Source: Deltaproteobacteria bacterium (GTDB taxonomy: Bacteria > Desulfobacterota > Binatia > Bin18). From it: a DNA stretch of 64,000 nt. The stretch covers positions 5,232 through 69,231 of the forward strand of contig VGTJ01000005.1 of the NCBI GenBank assembly GCA_016874775.1. The letters run 5' to 3'. The notes below the pieces were generated by a model. The model ran no database searches and was not told where the DNA came from. It saw only the letters and a program-made list of their open reading frames with translations. Of the stretch, positions 46,490-55,400 are shown piece by piece (position 1 is the stretch's first letter; each line of letters starts with the position of its first letter). Both the position numbers and the translations under genes were made by a program.

Positions 46490-49400
46490 TCAGGCCTCGT
46501 CACTGAGAAGTTCGTTGAGCTCCGCCAACAGCGCTTGCGCAGTAGCGAGCGGAGAGTTGTTACTGGGTTCGGGTTGCACGGGATTGCGCGGCGGTGAGGT
46601 CGCTGGCTCAATGTCGGCGAAGAATTCACCCAATTGTGTCTCGACGTAATTGACGATGTCATTCACAGTTGGATAGTTAAACACCAGACTCACCGGCAAA
46701 GGCCGTTGCAGGTCGCTGGCAATGGCATTGCGCATTTGTACTGCCATCAAGGAGTCCAAGCCTTGATCGATCAGCGGTTTAGTGAGATCCAACGGCTGGG
46801 AGTCAGAGACACCCAGAACCCGCCGTACGGTATTGTGCACGAAAGTGCTCAGAATATGTTTGCGGTTTTCTGGCAGGGCGAACCTGAGAGGGCCCAGTAT
46901 GTCTGGTGAGCCGGTGCCATTGGTCGTAACCGTCGCTGATACGACGGTACTCAAGCTATGATGGCGATTTTCTGGCAGGGGGTGCTTGAGCTGGCCGAGT
47001 ATCTCCGGTGAGCCGTTTCCGTTGGTTTCGCTCACGACTAATCGAGACGTGCGCATCAGCTCTGCAAACAGGCTGTGTGGCTCAGTGAGTTGACTGAGAT
47101 AGGTTTGCCAATTCCAATTCATGGCGATGACCTGCGTCACGTCACCGGTTACAATCTTCCCCAACAGCGCAAGCCCATCACCAGGTTTGATACCAACAAA
47201 GCCCTGGCGGCTCATGCGCTGCTGAATAGCGGGGTCAGACATCGCTATGCCGATCTGAGCCCACGGTCCCCAGTTGATACTGGTGGCGACCAATCCTTTT
47301 GATCTCCGATAGTGGGCTAGCTCATCGAGAAACGCGTTGGCAGCGGCATAGTTTCCCTGGCCCTGATTGCCCAGCACGGAAGCAGCCGATGAAAACAAGA
47401 CAAAAAAATCTAAGTCAAGGTTCTGAGTATGCTCGTGGAGCAACCAGGCCCCATCGACTTTCGCCGGCAGGACGCGCTGGAAGCGTTGCCAGCTTTGTTC
47501 GATGAGCATACCGTCTTCAATGCCTCCGGCACAGTGAATGACTCCACGTAAACTTGGCAGGCTCTTATGGATCTTGCCGAAGACCTCGGTCATGGCATCG
47601 CGATCGGAGACGTCAGCCTGAACGACATGGACCTTAACCCCCGTCTGTTCCATATCCTTGATGGCTTCTCTCGCTATTTGTGAAATCTGGCGACGAGCCA
47701 CGAGGATCAGGTTTCGCGCCCCCTGTGTTACCAGCCATCCCGCTGTGCGGAGTCCTAAGCCACCCGTACCACCGGTGATGAGGTAACTGGCATCCGCGCG
47801 GACAACTGTCTGATTGCCGCTCGCGAGTTCAGGCTGCTGGAGCAAGCGGGTGACATAGCGAACGCCCTGGCGCCACGCTATCTGCGCCCCTTCATCAGCA
47901 GCGTTGAGGGTTGCCAACAGGTCAGTAGCATCAGGTGCACTCGCTGTCGGGTCGAGGTCGACACAGGTGCACTGTAGTTCAGGGTGTTCAAGCCTCACAA
48001 CTTGACCGAGTCCCCATAACGGTGCCTGCTGCAGGTGGGGGAGGGCAGGTTCAGTGCCCACCGACTGTCCACCACGGGAGATCAACCACAGCCGTGGTTG
48101 GTGAGCCCAGTTCGCCTTGACTAGAGCTTGGACCAGATACAAGGTGCTTGCACACGTGAGAGTTTGGCCTTGGAAGCGCCAATCCTCACACTCGAGGCTC
48201 GATTCGTCTACGCTCCACAAATGCACCACGCCGTCATACGCCCTCGCCTTGCCAACACTCTCTACGAGTAATCGCGTAAAATCCTGCGGCTGCGTTGGGT
48301 TAATACAATAGTCATCGAGCGCATTCACGGAATAGATCTGGCCTGGAGCCACAAGCACGCAACGTGCGCCTTGCGCTCGCAACTGTTGCGCCAGCTGATA
48401 AGCGGTTCCCTGCTGGTCCGCGAAAATCAACCACTGCCCTGGCTTATCAGTAAGTCGGCGTGGATGGTCAACGGCTATCGGCAGCCAGGATCTCTGGTAC
48501 AAGCGGTCATCGGCCGTGACAGGCAGATGTCGCAGGACGGCGTCATGCTTGGCAGGCCGTGCTTCCAAGCCAACGAACTCCAGCGTCGCCTGCCCATGCT
48601 GATCGTATATCCGCACATCGGCAACGAGACGGCGTGTTTCTCCGGCATCACGCAAAGTGACGTGCGCCCACGATTGCGTAGGATCCGGCTCTTGGTGCAC
48701 GCGCACTTCCTCAATGCGGAAGGGGAGCCAGGTCTCACCCTCTGCCAGATCCGCAGTGACCAGTGCTAAGCTCAAGCAAGCATCGAGAAAACCTGGATGG
48801 AGCAGCTTCGCATCGAGCCCTCCCAATGATTCGGGAACGCGGAGCCTGCAGACCGCCTCTCGCTCTCCCCGTCGCAGGCCCTCGAACCAGCGATAACTCG
48901 GGCCTAGGTCGATATGACGAGCGGCCTGGGTAGCGAAGAACGTGTCAACCGAGACATCTTGCTGACAGCGTTGCCAGACGACCTGCTGCGCCTCGACATT
49001 GGCGCGAGTGACTTGATGTCCCCAATGGACGACAGCTTCGACGTGGGTGGACACGCTGGGCTCGGCTTCATATGTTGCCTCGGCAAAGCTCACGAGTTGC
49101 AAGGTCGTGGTTTCTCCTGCTGGCGTGAGTATCACTTGCACAGTCCGTGACTGCCCTTCAGGAATAATGAGCGGTTGCAGGAAGTAGATATCTTTCACCG
49201 CATACGCGCCGTGACCGCGGGTTTGTGAGATGGCCGCCAGGAGCATTGCAATATAGCTGGTGCCAGACACGAGCGTTTTACCGAACACACGGTGATCTTG
49301 CAAGAAAGGTAAAGCCTGTGTACTGAAGTGATTTTCGTAAATCGTGATCTTCAGTGTTGGCAGATGCAGCTTCGTACCCAGGAGTGAGTTTGTGCTGATG

Positions 49401-52400
49401 TGGCTCTGGGAAGAGATATGTACTTCACGGTCTGCGCTGGCCGGTCGATCAAGCCAGTAGCGCTGGCGCTCGAATGGATAGGTCGGTAGTGGGACCCGAC
49501 GGCGCTGATAATCACTGTCGAAACCTGTCCAGTCTACCGGGGCGCACACGGCCAAGCGGCCCAAGCTAAACAAAAGTTGCTGCCAATCCGACTGTCCCTG
49601 ACGCAGACTCGGAAGCCAGACAGCCGTATCCGACTCTACACAGCGCGCCCCCATGCCGAGTAACGTGGGCTTTGGTCCAATCTCGATAAACGTTTGGTAT
49701 CCCCGTTGAGCAAGAGTCTCCATACCAGACCGGAATTGGACAGGCTGCCGGATATGGCGACACCAGTACTCAGGGGAGGCAATCTCGTCGGCTATGACCT
49801 CACCAGTGAGGTTGGACACGATCTCGATCTGTGGCGCCGCATATGCGATCTGTGCAGCAACGCGAGCGAAGTCATTGAGCATGGGCGCCATTAGCGGCGA
49901 GTGGAAGGCATGCGAAGTATTCACTTTCTGTGTTGTAACCCCGGCCTCATGCAATCGACTGCGAATGCTTGCCACTGCCTCGGTGCGACCGGAAATCACA
50001 GTATGGTCAGGACCGTTCTCGGCGGCAATGGCAACCTGACTGCTAAAAGGAGCGAGACATGGCTGAACCTGGGCTTTACTTGCAAACACAACGAGCATCT
50101 CGCCGTCGTGCGGCAATGCCTGCATCAGGCGAGCTCGGTGCGTCACCAACGTGAGTCCGTTCTCCAGGCTGAATACTCCAGCAATACAGGCGGCAACATA
50201 TTCACCGAGACTGTGTCCCATAACGATGGAGGGGGTAATGCCCCACGACTTCCATAGTTGGGCCAGCGCATATTCCAGCGCGAAGAGTGCGGGTTGGGTG
50301 TAGGCAGTTTCGTTGAGGGGTGAGGTACTGGGGTCCGCCGGATACAAGACGTCGAGTAACTGCACGTCGAGCATGGGCCGCAAGATTTCCGCACAGTGGT
50401 CGAGGTGTTGGCGAAAGATGGGCTGGGTCTCATAGAGTTGGCGTCCCATTCCCACACACTGTGATCCCTGGCCGGTAAAGAGAAACGCGATCCGATCGTG
50501 CGCTTGGGTGGTTGCCTGGCCTCGTATCGCGCGGCTCTCGCCGCTGGCTAGTCGGCTGAGGTCGTCGCGCAGTTGTGCAACGGACTCGGCAACCACTGCC
50601 AAACGGTGCTCAAAGAGCTTGCGACCGGTATTGGCGGTGAAACAGATATCCGCCAGTGAGGTTTCGGGGTGATCCGTGAGAAACCGAACGTAGCGGCTGG
50701 CCAACTCCGACAAGGCCGTCTCCGTACGTGCGGACAGCACCAGGATGTGCTGCGGACGTTCTACCGTATTTTCCACCGCCGCCATGGGTGGCGCTTCCTC
50801 AAGAATGACGTGGCTGTTGGTGCCACCAATACCCAACGAGTTCACCCCAGCACGCCGCGGGGAACTTGTCGCTTTCCATGGCGTGGGCGTCGTGGCAACG
50901 TAAAATGGACTGTTCTCGAAGTCGATGCCAGGATTGGGTTTTTGAAAGTGGAGGGTTGGCGGGATCATCTGGTGTTGGAGCGCAAGGACAGTCTTAATGA
51001 AACCGACCATTCCTGACGCGATCTGCAGATGGCCGACATTGGTTTTGACTGAGCCAAGGGCGCAAAATCCGCTTTCCGTGGTGTGCGCGCGAAACGCCTG
51101 GGCCAGAGCATTCACTTCGATCGGGTCGCCCATCTCAGTGCCAGTACCGTGAGCCTCAACAAAGCCTATGGTATCGGGGGCGACATCAGCGATTGCCATC
51201 GCCTCGGCGACAACAGTCGCCTGCCCCTCGGCGCTGGGCGCCATATACCCGACCTTCATCCCACCATCATTGTTGACGGCAGAACCTTTGATGACCGCAA
51301 AGATGTGGTCGCGGTCGCGCACCGCATCTTCTAATCTTTTGAGTAACACCACGCCAACACCACTGCCGAAGATCGTTCCTTTGGCCTGTGCGTCAAAGGC
51401 GCGACAGTGGCCGTCGGGAGAAACAATCATGCCGTCCTGAAACAGATGGCCTGCGCGATGCGGCACTTGCACAGACGATCCAGCCGCGAGGAACATATCG
51501 CCTTCGCCACTGAGGAGCGACTGGCAGGCAAGGTGGATCGCGACCAAGCCGGTGGAACAAGCAGTTTGCACATTGATGCTCGGACCGCGCAGATTGAGTT
51601 TGTAGGAGAGTCGCGTTGTCAGGTAGTCCTTGTCATTGGCGACCATGAGTTGGAAGCCGCCCATCGAGTCCAGGGTCGTTACCCGCAGGCTATCGTGTGT
51701 ATCCAGGGTGTCGCGGTTGGGGTAGACATTGTTGAGTAGGTAGGTGTTCATGCTCGCCCCGGCGTACACACCAATTGCTCCTGGATAGGTAAGCGGGTTG
51801 TAGCCTGCAGTTTCGAGCGTTTCCCAGGCGCACTCAAGTAACAGTCGGTGCTGTGGGTCCATCAATGTGGCTTCGCGGGCGGTATAGCCAAAAAAACCAG
51901 CGTCAAAGCTTTCGACATCCGACAAGAGGGGACTCGCCGGCACATAGTTCGGATGGCGGGCGACGGCCGGATCAATTCCTGAGCCGAGGAGTTCATCCTC
52001 GCTAAAGAACGTAATCGACTCGACTCCTGTAGCGAGATTACGCCAGAAGTCATCCAGGGTGTCGGCTCCGGGAAAGCGACAAGCCATGCCAACCACCGCG
52101 ATCATGCCTTTGTCCTCGGAGACGCGGAAGCGGTTGCGCGCTTGCGCGCGTTCCATCCCGCGTTGTGGTGCTGTGTCTTGAGAGCCGCCATTGCTCAGCA
52201 GTTGGACGAGTGAGTGGATGGTCGGACATTTGAAGAGATCGACCAACGTGAGTTGCGAGCCAAACATCTGCGTGAGCCGAGTGTGGGCCTGGACCAGAAG
52301 CAGCGAATGGCCGCCGAGTTCAAAAAAGTTGTCATGGACCCCAACCTCGGGCACCTCCAGAATGTCCTGCCATACCTTAGCGATCTGCAGCTCCATCTCA

Positions 52401-55400
52401 GACACCGGCACCTGGCGCGCTGCCGCTTCCGGCTCCTGCCCCTGTGCAAGTCTCTGCAACCGATGCACATCGATCTGGCCGGCTGCGGTGAGCGGCATCT
52501 CAGGCAGATGCTGTAGCGCACTATCAGGACGACAGCCGGGATGACGTCCGAACTCGTCCTCGCTAAACAGGCGCTCGTAAAAGGGGTGCTGTTTGTAACG
52601 CTGCTGATGGTGGTACGAACCATGAGTAAAGTCGCGGCGCTCACCGTTGGTGCGGACGAGGGTGCCGTTGATGACAAAGTCGGGATTGAGCCCATTGTCG
52701 CACACCGTCCGCGTAATCTTCGCCGTGATGCGGTCACCCGGAGTGACGTCGATGCCAGGACAGAACACGGGCATATACACTGGCAGCCAACTGTACTCAT
52801 GTTCAATGATGTCGATGACTTCGCAGTCGATGGTCTGCAGGTTCAACCACACGAGGAACCCGTCAAATCGCGACGCCTGATCAATGACCAACTCAATCTC
52901 GTGCTGTTGCGCAAGCGGAATCGTCTGACTGAAGTCCAAATCCTCGAAGACTGCCGAGTTAGAGAGCAGATGGGTGTGCGGGAACTTCTTGATACAGACC
53001 CTGAGATCGAAGGGATAGCCGATCTGGGCAAAGATCTTTTCGGTGTACGTTCCCGGCACCCGATAGAAGCCCGGGTGGGACAACAAAGCATCGGGCAAAC
53101 TGACCGCGGCGATGCGTGTGACACTGCGACTCGGAATCATAACTCCGCCGGGGCGCAGGAAGCGCTGGGCGTCGTTAATCACCACAGCGGCACCTTCGCA
53201 ACCGCCAATCGGTCCGACGATTTCTGAGACACACACATCAACCAACTCGGGCAGTTCGACTGCAGCCGAGTTGCCGTGGAGCATGGTTATGCGATCATCA
53301 AGACCCAATTGTTGAATATAGCTTGAGGCTTGGGCGAACGCCTCGTCGCCCATTTCTATGGCGTAGACCTTGCGCGCTCCGGTCTCAACAGCGAGCCTGG
53401 CTAAAATCGCCTCCTTGCCAGTGCCGATGTCGAGCACGACTTTATCCCGCACGGTTTTTTCCAGCGCGACGCGATATTTACGATTGCGGCGTTCGTCATT
53501 GGCCAAGGCATAGTAGATAAGATCGTCGTAGACATAGTACTCCGCTACTGATGGCCACAGCTCGATCTGCTCACTGCCCGCGCTCTCAGGTTCGCGCATC
53601 TGCACGTACTCATAGTGAGCAACTGCACCGTAGCGATCGACCAGCGGGAGTGCACCCAACTGCTCGCGGGAGACTGATCGATGAGCGGTAAAGAAGAGCG
53701 AGGTCTTCCGTAGCTCCAGCGGACCAGCGAACATCCGAGCCCGGAGGAGTGGGCTGTCGCCATCGAGACCAACCACCAACCGCGCTTCACCGAGTTGCAG
53801 GCCAACGATAATGGAATTGACAATGCGACGTACTGCAACAGGAAGCTGCGCATGGGCAGAGTCGTGCGTATGTGCGGGAGCATTAACGAGGTCGTCCAAC
53901 GCGGCCACGCTCAACCCGTAGACGTGTAGATTACCGCGTTTCTCAAGATGTGAGATGAGTCGATCTTGGAACGCAGAGCTAGCCGCCACCGCGCACCGTC
54001 CACCGGCGTCGAGTACGTGGGCGGCTGAGGACACGGTAATGAATACGCTGCCCCGCTGCTTCCGCAGAAGCTCGACAAGCGACCACACACCTGCCACTTC
54101 TGGAACGAACGTGGTGGCGAGAGTGTCCTTACTCTCCTCGAGCAGCGACCGTTGGGATGGACTTGCCGCGAGGTGAATGGCCCCGTCCAGCGTGGCTCCC
54201 CACTGAGCCAGAGGGCCGTCAAGCGCGCGCTGTAGCGCCTCTGCATCTTGGATGTCGACCGCAGCATAGACACAGTTGCCCGACAGTTGTCGCAGGCGGT
54301 GATATATCGCCTGCCGCTCGTCGGTTGTGCCCTGGTCAGCATGCTCGTCCGTCGGCAACGGCTCTTTTCCTAAGAGGACGAGGCGAGCCTTGAACCGTGT
54401 GAGTAGAAACTCTGCGACATGCGGTCCGATTCCTTCTAGGCCATTGTTCACGAGATAAACACCATGCCGTTGGAAGGGGAGATCGCGGCTCTGTTGGTTT
54501 GTTGACGTAGCGACGGGGACTTGTTGCAGACCCGACACCCAACGTTGGTTTCCTCGATAGGCAACTTCGCGATCGGCTAGCGCTCCCAGGACCTCCCGGG
54601 TAATGGCCGGCGCGTAGGTGTCATACGCTTCTGCAGGACAGTCAATGTGCAGGCAACGTAACCATGAGAGTTCCTCACTCACGGTGTGAAGGAGGCCCGG
54701 AAGTGTCGCCTTGGCGTAGGCGCTCGCCTCGTGAGCCAGGATGGCTTGAGCATTACTGGAAACCGCTAGCAATCGCACGGGCGTATGGGACGCGAGGGCG
54801 GCGAGAGCCTGCACCAAGAAGAGCATGCTGTAGAAGCCCTGCTGCTGTGTGCGCTCAATTCCCTCCCGACTTTCGCTCATTTGCAGATCGGCGTCATAGC
54901 TGAAGAGGTGGACAACGGAGCCTATCTGGACCCCTGAGTCTCTCAGTGTCTCTAACACGATGTGATAGTGCCGTGGGTCCTCGGGTCGGATGGAAAAGTG
55001 AGTTGCGCCGCGCTGGGCAAAGGTCTCGCTAGCCTCAACGACCACGCACGTAACGCCGCGGGCGGTGAGTTCCGCAACCATCTGCTGTCCAAGGCCAAGA
55101 CGATCAAGCAAGACTAGACAGGCTCCTTGCTGCTTCTGCGGTGCTCCCACCAGGTCCTTGCGGTGCCATACCTGCTTGTAGAACCACTCAGGAAGAGTGT
55201 GCTCATTCGCCGCGAACAGATCGAGGCGCTCAAGAATGTCCTGAAACACACCCTGATAGAACTGCTCGACGAGTTTTTTGCGCTGGAGTTTGCCGATCGC
55301 CGTCTTGGGGATGGCATCGCGGTCAAGCGGGATCAAGAAATCCGCTTTGATGCCAAGCTGCTTTGTCAATCGCAACTGAATGGCGCGTAGAAGCTTGCGC

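Noticed and set aside
46486-46662. N-terminal 59 aa of the ORF-track version of the thioesterase gene (45664-46662)
   Set aside because: It would overlap the 3' end of the upstream megasynthase gene. The sequence (MTSSITSRHNWVNSSPTLSQRPHRR…) has no TE features. An in-frame ATG at 46485 lies 4 nt after the upstream stop and gives a normal-length type II TE.
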